Origin: Terriglobia bacterium | Lineage (GTDB): Bacteria; Acidobacteriota; Terriglobia; Acidiferrales; UBA7541 | Direction of reading: 5' to 3' | DNA: 64,000 nt | Assembly: GCA_963695545.1 (NCBI GenBank) | Contig: OY968796.1 | Location: forward strand, 992,001 to 1,056,000 | Shown here: piece by piece, positions 10,726 through 20,257 of the stretch | Position numbering within the stretch: position 1 is the stretch's first letter | Layout: every line of letters starts with the position of its first letter | The notes under the pieces: generated by a model | Seen by the model: the letters and a program-made list of their open reading frames with translations, nothing else | What the model was told of the DNA's origin: nothing | Databases searched by the model: none | Program-made: the position numbers and the translations under genes

Positions 10726-11709
10726 TCAAACCCCTGCCTTGCCCCGCTCCTCGAATTGCTTGATTTTGCAGAGCAGCGACTTGTAGCTGATGTGCAGTTG
10801 CTGGGCCGCGAGCTTGCGGTTCCATCGCGTGTGCTCCAGCGTTTTCAGGATCAAATTGCGCTCGGCCTCGCGCGAAGCTGCACGCGCGGCCACCTTGAGT
10901 GAGGTTCCCTCCGGCTCCAAACCGTGCACGGCCTGTAGGATGTCGTCCCGGCCCAGGTCCGCCAGCGCGAAATCGTCGTCGCCAAGCACCACGATTCTCT
11001 TCGCCATGTTTTCCAGCTCGCGCAAATTACCCGGCCACGCGTGATCGGCCAGCCGTTTCATCGTGCGCACCGAAACATCCGGCCGCGGGCGCTGCAGCAA
11101 GTTCGATTGCTTGTCGAGAAAATAGTTCGCCAACTTAGGTATATCCGTCTTCCGCTCTCGCAGCGGCGGCACGCGCAACGAAACCGCGTTTAACCGATAG
11201 TAAAGTTCCTTGCGAAACTTCCCGTTCTGCACCTCGGACTCCAGGTTCTTGGTCGTCGCCGAAACCAACCGCGCCGAGATCAAGCCCGGACCGGGCGTCC
11301 ATTCATCGTCCGGCAAGGACGAGAGCAGCATTTTCTGGCAGAGCGGGTCAAGCTCGCTCACCTCGTCAAAAAAAAGCGTGAGCGTGTCGCCGCTTGCTGC
11401 ATCCGCGCCCGCACCGGCTTCGGCCAACACATCGGAAAACCGCGCTTCGTTCAAAGCCGCGCACTGGATCTTGCGAAAGCTCGACGCGGGGCGCCCTGAA
11501 AGTCTATGAATGTGCCGTGCGTGGGCTTCCTTGCCGACGCCACTTTCACCCGTTAGCAGAACCGGAATGTTTGTCCTGGCCACATCAGATGCCACGCGTT
11601 CCAACGACTGCATCACCGGATCCGAGCCAGCGACGAATGCTTCGGGCTTCGCCGGAGGGGCGGTGTCGGTCAGGATCTCGGTGCTTGGGCCGTGAACGGA
11701 CATACTCAT
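10726..11709 (-). CDS. Sigma-54-interaction-type AAA+ regulator with Fis HTH; lacks a sensor domain and the GAFTGA loop
   Basis: TGESGVGKE, FFDEV, FRKELYYRLN, WPGNLREL and C-terminal HTH; start uncertain (11703-11772). Confidence 0.85.
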   Translation of the reverse strand: MSMSVHGPSTEILTDTAPPAKPEAFVAGSDPVMQSLERVASDVARTNIPVLLTGESGVGKEAHARHIHRLSGRPASSFRKIQCAALNEARFSDVLAEAGAGADAASGDTLTLFFDEVSELDPLCQKMLLSSLPDDEWTPGPGLISARLVSATTKNLESEVQNGKFRKELYYRLNAVSLRVPPLRERKTDIPKLANYFLDKQSNLLQRPRPDVSVRTMKRLADHAWPGNLRELENMAKRIVVLGDDDFALADLGRDDILQAVHGLEPEGTSLKVAARAASREAERNLILKTLEHTRWNRKLAAQQLHISYKSLLCKIKQFEERGKAGV

Positions 11710-12250
11710 GGATGCCCCCAACGGGGACGCGCACTCTCCCCTACGACATGAGATTAGCACGAACGCTTCCAATCTTGGGCTGAAGCCAAATTTGCCTTGG
11801 TCGCGCAGATCCTCAACTGAATGAATGGCTTACATCGAAAACTGACGACCTGGACCCGAGCGTGAAATCCCGCGTGTTTGGCGAAACTTCCATTTAGTGG
11901 CATATCATTTCCCACAAATCAAGAGCGTCCGGCCAGTGATAGCAAAAAATGGCGAATTTTGAGTCTAAGTTGCTTGCAAAGAGCGATATAGCGAAGGTTC
12001 CCGCTAGCTCGATACTCACCTGGTTCGTCAAATGTCGCCCTCTGTCCAATCTGGAGCTCCATTCGACCTGGTGCGCTTTGCAGTTCTCGGCCGCTCGCGG
12101 TCCGCTGGTGGAGACGCTGCATTTACCGCCGGATCTCTCCGCGTCCAGACTGCCAATTTTGCGCGTCTGTGAATGCTTCGAACCGCTCCGGCTGACGCGA
12201 GTATCATAGACTCTATGGAGGCCCGGATTCGCATCCGGTGAATCGCATTC

Positions 12251-12694
12251 ATGCAATACGATTCCGATCGAGAACCTTCGGGCGTTTTTCGCAATCCTCT
12301 TCTCTACTCCTCGGTGATCCTGGTCATCGTAGCCGCGGTGGTCGGCTGGATCTTTTTCTCGCGCTGGCAGGAAAACCGCGCCTTCGCCGAGCGAGCCGCG
12401 CAGCAGACGCGTTCGCAGGATCAACACATTGTCGACGCGATGGGCGGTGACACGTTCGAGATCATGAATTTCTACGTCACTCCTCTTTCGATCGAAGCCG
12501 GAGAATCGGCCGAGGTTTGTTACGGCGTCGCGAATGCCAAGCAGGTACGTCTCGATCCCCCGGCGGGCCCGGTGTGGCCGTCCTACAGCCGCTGCTTGGA
12601 CGTCGCGCCGCGCAAAGATACGACATACACGTTGACCGCCGAAGACGCCGCGGGCAATGTGAAGACCGCGACCGTCACGCTGCGCGTGCATTGA
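12251..12694 (+). CDS. Membrane-anchored protein with an Ig/PKD-like beta domain
   Basis: N-terminal TM helix; C-terminal TTYTLTAEDAAG strand pattern. Confidence 0.65.
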   Translation: MQYDSDREPSGVFRNPLLYSSVILVIVAAVVGWIFFSRWQENRAFAERAAQQTRSQDQHIVDAMGGDTFEIMNFYVTPLSIEAGESAEVCYGVANAKQVRLDPPAGPVWPSYSRCLDVAPRKDTTYTLTAEDAAGNVKTATVTLRVH

Positions 12695-12867
12695 TCGCGC
12701 TGCGACTAATCCGCGCGCGCCGCGTCGCGTTGCGGCATGCTCTTGTCGGGCGGCGCGGGGTGCCCCTATAATCACACCTTCTGCCGCACGGGACTGGCGG
12801 GCACTTCCTGGCCGTCCCTTCTTCACGGAAAAGAGCAGCAAGAAATCGGGCTGAAAAGAATACGGAT

Positions 12868-13344
12868 ATGGCGGACGCACTCACCAACGTCAAGAAAAAA
12901 CTGGCCGATGAAATCGCGCAGCTCGAACATGAGCTGGCTTTCGATCTTCCAAAAGAAATTATGGTCGCGCGCGCGCACGGCGATCTTTCCGAGAACGCCG
13001 AATACAAGTACGCGAAAGAACGCCAGGGCTACGTTTCCGCGCGTCTCGGCCAACTCAAGAAACGCCTGGGCGATTTGGGAATGCTCAATCTGAACAATAT
13101 TCCCAAAGACCGCGCGGGGTACGGCTCGCGCGTCTGGGTGCGCGAAGCGAAAAAACCCGAGGTCGAATACAAGCTGGTGACCACGGAAGAAGCCGACGCC
13201 ACCAAGGGTTTGATCTCCACAACCTCGCCGATCGGCAAAGCGTTTCTGGGGCGCAAAGTCGGCGAGGACGTGAGCGTGCAGACGCCGGCGGGCATGCGCG
13301 AGTTCGAGATCGTGCGAATCAAAACCATCCACGACGAAGAGTAA
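12868..13344 (+). CDS. greA: Transcription elongation factor GreA
   Basis: ARAHGDLSENAEY and ISTTSPIGKAFLG. Confidence 0.95.
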   Translation: MADALTNVKKKLADEIAQLEHELAFDLPKEIMVARAHGDLSENAEYKYAKERQGYVSARLGQLKKRLGDLGMLNLNNIPKDRAGYGSRVWVREAKKPEVEYKLVTTEEADATKGLISTTSPIGKAFLGRKVGEDVSVQTPAGMREFEIVRIKTIHDEE

Positions 13345-13600
13345 GCTGCAAGAAATTGCGCGATTCCCGCACGCGAGACGACTCCGCAGCGCGCGACGAC
13401 GTTCCTGCGCGTGCGCGACGCCGCACCGGCGCCCTCATCGCGGCCTCCCCTCGCCCTCCCCGCCATCCACAGGTCAGATCATTGCGCCGGTAGGGCGGCA
13501 GTGCTAGCATCCCGGCCGTCGGGCATCGAACCGCGGCGTGAGCGGACCATTCCGAGCATTGCACCTGGGGACCGCTCTCCGGGCCGGGATAGGGGCGCAC

Positions 13601-15733
13601 ATGAAAGCTTACGAGACAGCTTTCCTTCGTGATGTCGGCATTGTAGGTCATGGCGATACGGGCAAGACGCAGCTCGTATCGGCGCTGCTGTTCACGGCGG
13701 GGATGACCAACCGCCTTGGCAAGGTCGCCGAAGGGACCACGACCACCGACTGGGACGAAGAAGAGATCGCGCGAAAGATTTCGATTCAAACCAGCCTGGC
13801 ATTCGCCGAGTGGGCCGCGAACGGATCACCCGAAAAAACCAAAATCAATCTCCTCGATACGCCGGGCTACAGCACGTTTGTGAATGAAGCGCGCGCGTCG
13901 CTGGTGGCGGCCGACGCGGCGCTGATCGTGGTGGACGCGGTGGCCGGCGTGCAGGTGGTGACGGAAAAAGTGTGGGATTACGCAACGGAGTACGACCTCC
14001 CGCGCGCGTTTGTGATCAACTGGATGGATCGGGAGCTCGCGAATTTCGATCGGGCGTTCGCCGCGATCCAACAAGTGTTTGGCCGGGGCGTGGTCGCGGT
14101 GCAATTGCCGATCGGCGAGGAACGAAGTTTTCGCGGCGTGGTGGATTTGATTTCGATGAAAGCGCACGTGTACCAGGCGGACGGCGACGGCCGAGCGAAG
14201 ATCGAAGAGATACCGGCCGACATGGCGGACGCGGCAAAGGCAGCGCACGAGGCGCTCGTCGAGATGGTGGCCGAAGGCGACGACGCGCTGATGGAAGAAT
14301 TTTTCGCGCAGGGCACGCTTCCGATCGAAGATTTGACGAAGGGATTGCGGGCGGCGTTCATCGCGAAGCGCATCCAGCCGGTGGCGCTGACTTCGGCGCT
14401 GCACAACATCGGGAGCCAGTCGCTGCTCGATTTGATCGTGGAGATTTTTCCGGACCCGGCGGCGCGCGGACAGGCCACGGGCAAAACCGAGACCGGCGGG
14501 AAGGGCCAGCCGATCGAGCGGCGCATCGCGGACGCGGAGCCGGTATCGCTATTTTTCTTCAAGACGCTGGCCGATCCTTTCGCGGGACGCATCAGCTACT
14601 TCAAGGTGAATTCCGGGACGCTTAAGAATGATGCGACGCTGGCCAATTTCACGCATGGGTCGAGCGAGCGGCTGCAACACGTGCAAGTGATGCAGGGCAA
14701 AACGGCCGCGGCCGTGACCGAATTGCACGCCGGAGATATCGGCGCCGTGGCGAAGCTGAAAGATACGGTGACCGGCGACACGCTCGGCGATAAGGGCGCG
14801 CCGATTCATTATCCCCCGCCGCACATTCCCGAGCCTTCGATCACGTTCGCGATCGAGGCCAAGACGCGCGCGGATGAAGATCGCATCGGCGTGGCGATTC
14901 ATCGGATTCTTGAGGAAGATCTGGCGCTGCGTTTTTCGCGCGATCCGCAGACTAAAGAATTCTTGCTGGCCGGTTCGGGGCAGCAGCACGTTGAGGTGGT
15001 GGTGGCGAAGCTGCGGAAGCGCTACCACGTGGAGTTGCTGCTGAAGCCGCCGAAGGTGCCTTACCGCGAAACGATTCGCGCGAAGGCGGATGCCGAAGGC
15101 AAACACAAGAAGCAAACCGGCGGGCATGGACAATTCGGTGTGTGTCGCGTGCGGATCGAGCCGTTGCCGCGCGGATCGGGATTCGAGTTCGTGGACGACG
15201 TATTTGGCGGTGCGATTCCTCGGAATTTCATTCCGTCGGTGGAGAAAGGGATTCGCGCGGCGGCCGAGCGCGGTTATCTGGCCGGATGCCCGGTGGTGGA
15301 TTTCCGCGCGGTGCTGTACGACGGGAAGTACCACGACGTGGATTCGTCGGACATGGCATTCAAGATCGCGGGCTCGCTCGCGTTCAAAGAAGCGATGAAA
15401 TCGGCGAAGCCGTCGCTGCTCGAGCCGGTGATGAACGTGGAGGTGTACGCGCCGGACCAATATTCCGGAGACATCATGGGCGATCTGAGCTCGCGACGCG
15501 GGCGAATTAGTGGCAGCGAGGCGCGCGGAGCAAGCGTGATCGTGAAGGCGCAAGTGCCGCTGGCGGAGATGTTGTCGTACGCGACGGATTTGACGTCGAT
15601 GACCCAAGGCCGCGCGACGTATTCGATGGAATTCGCGCATTACGATTTCATGCCTCCCGAGACCGCCGAGAAAGTGATCGCCGCAGCGAAGGCCGCCCGC
15701 GCCGGCGAGCCGGTGGAAGAAGAGGAAGGCTGA
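13601..15733 (+). CDS. fusA: Elongation factor G paralogue (EF-G2-like)
   Basis: GHGDTGKT, DTPGY, KKQTGGHGQFG, YHDVDSS, LLEPVM; not in an rpsL-rpsG-tuf operon. Confidence 0.9.
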   Translation: MKAYETAFLRDVGIVGHGDTGKTQLVSALLFTAGMTNRLGKVAEGTTTTDWDEEEIARKISIQTSLAFAEWAANGSPEKTKINLLDTPGYSTFVNEARASLVAADAALIVVDAVAGVQVVTEKVWDYATEYDLPRAFVINWMDRELANFDRAFAAIQQVFGRGVVAVQLPIGEERSFRGVVDLISMKAHVYQADGDGRAKIEEIPADMADAAKAAHEALVEMVAEGDDALMEEFFAQGTLPIEDLTKGLRAAFIAKRIQPVALTSALHNIGSQSLLDLIVEIFPDPAARGQATGKTETGGKGQPIERRIADAEPVSLFFFKTLADPFAGRISYFKVNSGTLKNDATLANFTHGSSERLQHVQVMQGKTAAAVTELHAGDIGAVAKLKDTVTGDTLGDKGAPIHYPPPHIPEPSITFAIEAKTRADEDRIGVAIHRILEEDLALRFSRDPQTKEFLLAGSGQQHVEVVVAKLRKRYHVELLLKPPKVPYRETIRAKADAEGKHKKQTGGHGQFGVCRVRIEPLPRGSGFEFVDDVFGGAIPRNFIPSVEKGIRAAAERGYLAGCPVVDFRAVLYDGKYHDVDSSDMAFKIAGSLAFKEAMKSAKPSLLEPVMNVEVYAPDQYSGDIMGDLSSRRGRISGSEARGASVIVKAQVPLAEMLSYATDLTSMTQGRATYSMEFAHYDFMPPETAEKVIAAAKAARAGEPVEEEEG

Positions 15734-15794
15734 GGCGGAGCCGGAATCCTCGATAAAGTGGTTCTCGGACGCTGGACGCCAGGCCGCGGATTGA

Positions 15795-16197
15795 AGGGCA
15801 CCCCACCCCGGGTACCCAGTTTGTAAAATCATGTGAACAAAAGACTTCCGGGAAAAGTGTGCGTGAGGAGTGCGTAAGTGATTGAATTCAAGCCGCTTAC
15901 AATTCTGCGTTAAACCTTTAGTTTCAATAAGATGCGCACGCTCTTGAAGGGGTTCGGAATCCTTTGAAAATAAGCCGTTTGGAGGGGCGGTTTTTCCGTC
16001 TGAGTGCGCGTTCTGCAGGGGAACGCGGGCGCTGTGCTGAAGGGACGAGTGGCACGTGTTCCGTTGAGCGTGACGAGAGGTGAGCGACCGGGATGTGTGA
16101 TCGCGATTCATACCGAATGATACTATAGTAGTAATCCACCTGTCAAGGTAATTGATAGGGTATTCTGTTCGAATAGATGTGGAAATTCATTCGAATT
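15795..16197 (-). repeat. Dispersed AT-rich intergenic element, copy A
   Basis: Shares several ordered blocks with 58305-58660 (+), e.g. GTGCGCATCTyATTGAAAC at 18/19 identity. Confidence 0.75.
16117..16146 (-). promoter_or_regulatory. Sigma-70-like promoter TTGACA-18-TATCAT
   Basis: Near-consensus hexamers; ATG lies 5 nt after the -10 box. Confidence 0.6.
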
Positions 16198-16228
16198 GTG
16201 GGTCTGAGGAAGCGGATGTGGGGGCCGA

Positions 16229-16265
16229 ACTTCCCCACCCTTCGCGTGGCAACGGATGGGCCACC
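16229..16265 (-). repeat. REP-like palindrome, GGTGsCCCAyC...GGGTGGG family
   Basis: Resembles 53466-53497 and 58018-58054. Confidence 0.55.
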
Positions 16266-16364
16266 GCGGGCTGCGCCTTGCGCGGCCCAACGGACGCACC
16301 ATTCGGCCCCGCGGTGAAGACCCCCGGGCCAGGGAAATGGTGTGGCGCCCGCCTGCGGGCCGAA

Positions 16365-17027
16365 CTACGCGGATGCTAGCTCGCAGTTTCTTAGGGAAAT
16401 CTGAAAGCGATCAATTTCTTCAATTTCTCCCGAAACAGTGATTGTCTGCCCCTTTTGTAGAATCGAAATATGCTCCGCCCACGTTTTGTCGAAGCACATG
16501 TAAATCAGAGAGACTGGTCCTATTTGGAAAGTAACGAATTGCCCGAATGATTCGAGCGGAAGTATGTTGCTTATACTGCCGCTAGTGTTCATCCATTTTC
16601 CTATGTACGGTTGAATCGCCTTTTGCGCATCGACGCTCGTCTTGTCTTTGCATAAGTTCATCAGATCAACCGGGGCTAGGGTGCTGCTGACGAATATGCG
16701 ACTCGACTCTGATGCACGCGTCTCTTGTTTCTCGCTAAGCGCCAAAGAACTCCGGTCCTTTTGCGTTGCAGGGGTTTCTTCGATACTCCAAAGGATCAAG
16801 GCAACGCCAATCAAGACAGTTGCGAGCGAAAACAGAGGGTGAAAAATAACTGAGCGCAGGTGGCGCAGACCGATAAGGATAGCGGGGTAAAATTGCCGCA
16901 GGATCTGTGCATCGGAGACTAATTCAAACAGCCATCTTATCGGCTGGATCAGATTCACCAAAATCAGCGCTAAACCTGTTAAGCCTTTCCTAGTCTTGAG
17001 TGATCGTCGCAGTCTGTCTTCTCGCAT
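16365..17027 (-). CDS. Membrane protein with C-terminal OB-fold (tRNA_anti-like) domain
   Basis: N-terminal hydrophobic helices; YIGKWMNTSGSI...LQKGQTITVSGEI...ISLRNCEL; visibly lower GC. Confidence 0.6.
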   Translation of the reverse strand: MREDRLRRSLKTRKGLTGLALILVNLIQPIRWLFELVSDAQILRQFYPAILIGLRHLRSVIFHPLFSLATVLIGVALILWSIEETPATQKDRSSLALSEKQETRASESSRIFVSSTLAPVDLMNLCKDKTSVDAQKAIQPYIGKWMNTSGSISNILPLESFGQFVTFQIGPVSLIYMCFDKTWAEHISILQKGQTITVSGEIEEIDRFQISLRNCELASA

Positions 17028-17391
17028 AGCGGGGCATTATATACCTGCCGTCCGTTAACAAGACCGGGCCGTCAGCGGTCCCTATCGAAGTCTATTCCGC
17101 AATAGCGTCACAAGATCTCCCCGTGCGGCCGCGGCCTCAAATTCATTCGACTTACGGGTGGCGGGAGGGGGCGAGCCCGAAATGTGAACTGCCTGAACGT
17201 TTGCGTGCCGCAGCGGATGCGCGACCCCGGGCTCGCGGCCCGACCGACGCGCGATTCGACTCCTGGCTGGGACGGCTGCGCCGCGCGCGCGTGCCTTACG
17301 GCGACGCTTTGCGGCGGCCGGGCGTAAGCTTGCCTGGGTCTACCGGGGCATCTATCATCGCTGGGGCCGTCTTGGCCGGTTTGGAGGGTGC

Positions 17392-18951
17392 ATGGGTTTG
17401 AAGGAATTCCTCACGAGGCTAGGATTCACCGAGCATCCGTTTCAGTTTACGAATGCGGACGAAGAGGAACATCTACAGTCTTATTTCGTGCCGCCTCCCT
17501 ATTTTGTCTCGATCTGGGGCGACCCGAAATCTCCCAAGTCACAGGTTATCTTCGCGCCGCGCGGGGGCGGAAAGACTGCACAGCGAAGGATGATCGAATA
17601 CAAGTCGGAAAAAGCTAACGTCTTTGTCATAACGTATGATCGATTTGAGAAATTGAGTGAAGTGGAGCTCGAAACGCTGAGCGTCGATTATCATCTCAGA
17701 AATATCATCGAGAAGGGACTGCTCGGCTTCCTATTGGAGCTTCATGCAAGGGGTCTTCAAGGCCCTTCCTTCAGCAACGCAGAACGCGACCAAATAGATC
17801 ATTTATGCGACCACTACTTGTCGCGAATAACCAGATTGGAGGCCATAGAGGCCCTTAGCTCCCTGAAAACGCTCTCCGCCGGGGCGAAACAGTTTCTCCG
17901 CGAGTGGTCCGGTCCGCTGAACTCACTCTTCTCCGCGGCGCTCGCTGCGAAGGGTGTCCCGTTTACGAAGTTGAGTCTCGGCGGGGCGCCGGTTCAGCAT
18001 GACTCCCTCGGGGGGTCGCTTAAGGCACATTTCGAGCCCGTGCGCGATCTGCTTCTGAGCGTCGGATTCGAGTCCATATATGTCCTTGTCGACAAGGTTG
18101 ATGAGACGGCAGAGACCGGAAACAATGCGGGAGCGTCATTTAACTTGGTTAAGCCGCTGCTTAGAGACTTGGAATTGCTCCAAATACGTAAAGTCGCTTT
18201 TACGTTCTTCCTGTGGGATCTTCTCCTCGCGAGATATCAGGAGTACGCCCGTCCGGATAGGCTCGAGCAGTTCGAGCTGTCCTGGGGCGAGGCTGACCTA
18301 AATAAAATGCTTTCCCGACGGCTAGAGGCGTTCAGTCAGGGGAGGGTAGAGGATCTCAGCCAATTAACGGACGCGGAGCTCGCAAATTCCCTGCACTTCC
18401 TCGTCGTACTTTTCGCCGCTGGTTCACCAAGAGATATGATCCGCATCTGCCAGGAAATTCTTGCTGAGCAACTGCAGATCAATCCGGATTCGACTAACAT
18501 CGAAATCGACGCCATACTGCAAGGGATTTCGAAGTTTTGCACCCGTCGGGCCCTTGAAATCCTGTCGCCCCAAATCTACAAGGAACTCGTCAAGGTGAGC
18601 CGCCTCGATTTCACCGCGACCTATATTGCGAACGAGGTTTTTAAATTCGACGTGAATTCGGGCCGAAACAAGATTCGGAATTGGACTGAGGCTGGTGCAG
18701 TTGAAAAAGTTGGTGAGCTGGATTCAGGTGGTCACCCTATCTACCACTACGCTGTGCGTGACGTCAGGGTTGCTAAGGCGATTGCCTCGCAGCTCGATTT
18801 GCGGGAATTCATGAAGCATAAGCTGCGTAGATGCACGCGTTGCAAGGCCGTCATGATTCGCGACTGGGATATCGGGCTGGCTCCAACTCAGACCTGTCAC
18901 AGCTGTGGAATGGAATGGGAAACAAAAGTCCTGCAGGCCAGCCAGGAATGA
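17392..18951 (+). CDS. P-loop NTPase (Sll1717/STAND-like) with C-terminal Zn ribbon
   Basis: HPF..NADEE N-terminus, Walker A APRGGGKT, Walker B YVLVDKVDE, GSPRDMI, CTRC...CHSC. Confidence 0.75.
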   Translation: MGLKEFLTRLGFTEHPFQFTNADEEEHLQSYFVPPPYFVSIWGDPKSPKSQVIFAPRGGGKTAQRRMIEYKSEKANVFVITYDRFEKLSEVELETLSVDYHLRNIIEKGLLGFLLELHARGLQGPSFSNAERDQIDHLCDHYLSRITRLEAIEALSSLKTLSAGAKQFLREWSGPLNSLFSAALAAKGVPFTKLSLGGAPVQHDSLGGSLKAHFEPVRDLLLSVGFESIYVLVDKVDETAETGNNAGASFNLVKPLLRDLELLQIRKVAFTFFLWDLLLARYQEYARPDRLEQFELSWGEADLNKMLSRRLEAFSQGRVEDLSQLTDAELANSLHFLVVLFAAGSPRDMIRICQEILAEQLQINPDSTNIEIDAILQGISKFCTRRALEILSPQIYKELVKVSRLDFTATYIANEVFKFDVNSGRNKIRNWTEAGAVEKVGELDSGGHPIYHYAVRDVRVAKAIASQLDLREFMKHKLRRCTRCKAVMIRDWDIGLAPTQTCHSCGMEWETKVLQASQE

Positions 18952-19366
18952 GAAGTCAAGCTCTCGCGATGCCAAAATCTAGCTCTTGTTGCCCGCGCGT
19001 TGGCGGCGCCAACGCTCGGCCATGTCGTCCGGATCGGTCGAGACGAGGCATCGCGCGAGAGCCGGGGCATCTTGTCTCGGAGAATGGCGCCGCTACGATC
19101 CGAGACTTCGCCAACCGGGAGATTGGCGTTCCCAGGGACGAGCAAAGAATGCCTCTGGGCAAGGCGCGGCGCGAGGGGTTCTTTTCTCGCGCCCACGCGT
19201 TACGAAGGTTTGCCGGCACGGGAAGCGAACAGCGTTAAGGGCGCAGATGGAGGCCTGAAGGCCTCCGTTATAGAGGACGATTCAACGGGAAAGTCGTAGG
19301 CGGCGGAAAGATTCCCTCCGCGGCGCATTGGGAAATGCGTGCGGCGGTGAAAAGAGCGCGACGCGT

Positions 19367-19888
19367 TTAGCCGGCGTGTTGATGGCCGAGAGAAATTCGC
19401 TTTCCCACGATGAAGAGTAACCCGATTCCGATCAGCATCAGGATGACGGTGGCGGGCTCGGGGGTTTCGGTCACCGTGAGCGTCTCGGTTTGGGTCTCGT
19501 ATGTCGCGGTGTACATCCCGGCTGAGAGGAAATCCGCAGTGGGAAACTGATCTCCAGCGGTGTCGGTGATGCTGCATGTGGGGTAATTGTAATCGGTGAG
19601 GATCCCACCGGTCGCTCCATCAATCTCAACCTGGGTGATCGAGCATCCCGGACGGCCAGTGACGCTGTCTGCTGACAGGTCGCTGACGGGAATGAAATCG
19701 TTCGTGGTCACCCCGGGAATGGAATCCGTGGTCCATGAGATCACTTCATTGCCGTTGGTGTAGGTGTACGCGTATGTGAAGTCGTCTGCCCGGGAAAACG
19801 CGGGCATCAGAAGAAGCAGGCCCAGCACCAAAATCCCTGCGCTGTAGCGATTGAAGACCAGGCGCTTGAGGCTCGAAGATGATTGCAT
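19367..19888 (-). CDS. PEP-CTERM sorting domain protein
   Basis: Signal peptide ending FSRA-D; C-terminal TPEPAT, TM helix and basic residues. Confidence 0.85.
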   Translation of the reverse strand: MQSSSSLKRLVFNRYSAGILVLGLLLLMPAFSRADDFTYAYTYTNGNEVISWTTDSIPGVTTNDFIPVSDLSADSVTGRPGCSITQVEIDGATGGILTDYNYPTCSITDTAGDQFPTADFLSAGMYTATYETQTETLTVTETPEPATVILMLIGIGLLFIVGKRISLGHQHAG

Positions 19889-20167
19889 AATCTTAAACTC
19901 CCCTAGTCACGGCGATGGCGCATTAGCGCTCGCTGGTGTGCATACGGGCACGTTTGCAGCCGTTCCCACAATGCTTATTCTGAAGGACTTACCTCTCAAT
20001 CGACCGTATACAGTGAAAATAAATGCACACTGTTAGCAACGCTTTTCGCACATCCTTTGAATGGGCGGGGCGACCCACAGCAACCGAATAGCTTCGGGGG
20101 GCGCCATAATCGGCGGGCATTTGGGAGCACGTAAGACGCACGATAGGGTGTAAGGGCGAAGTCGGCG

Positions 20168-20210
20168 AAGAGGTCCCTTCCGCCATTGGCCATTGCGGAC
20201 TCGCGATGAC
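20168..20210 (-). repeat. GTCAT-headed palindromic intergenic repeat
   Basis: GTCATCGCGAG...GAAGGGACCTC, similar to the copies starting at 58085 and 58196. Confidence 0.5.
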
Positions 20211-20257
20211 CGCCTTCAAGACGAAGGCAATAGCGGCGCCAAGGCGGACGTCGATCG

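Noticed and set aside
14549..16111. 520-aa minus-strand ORF as a real long gene
   Set aside because: Most of it is the antisense shadow of fusA; only the first ~105 codons lie in the dispersed element
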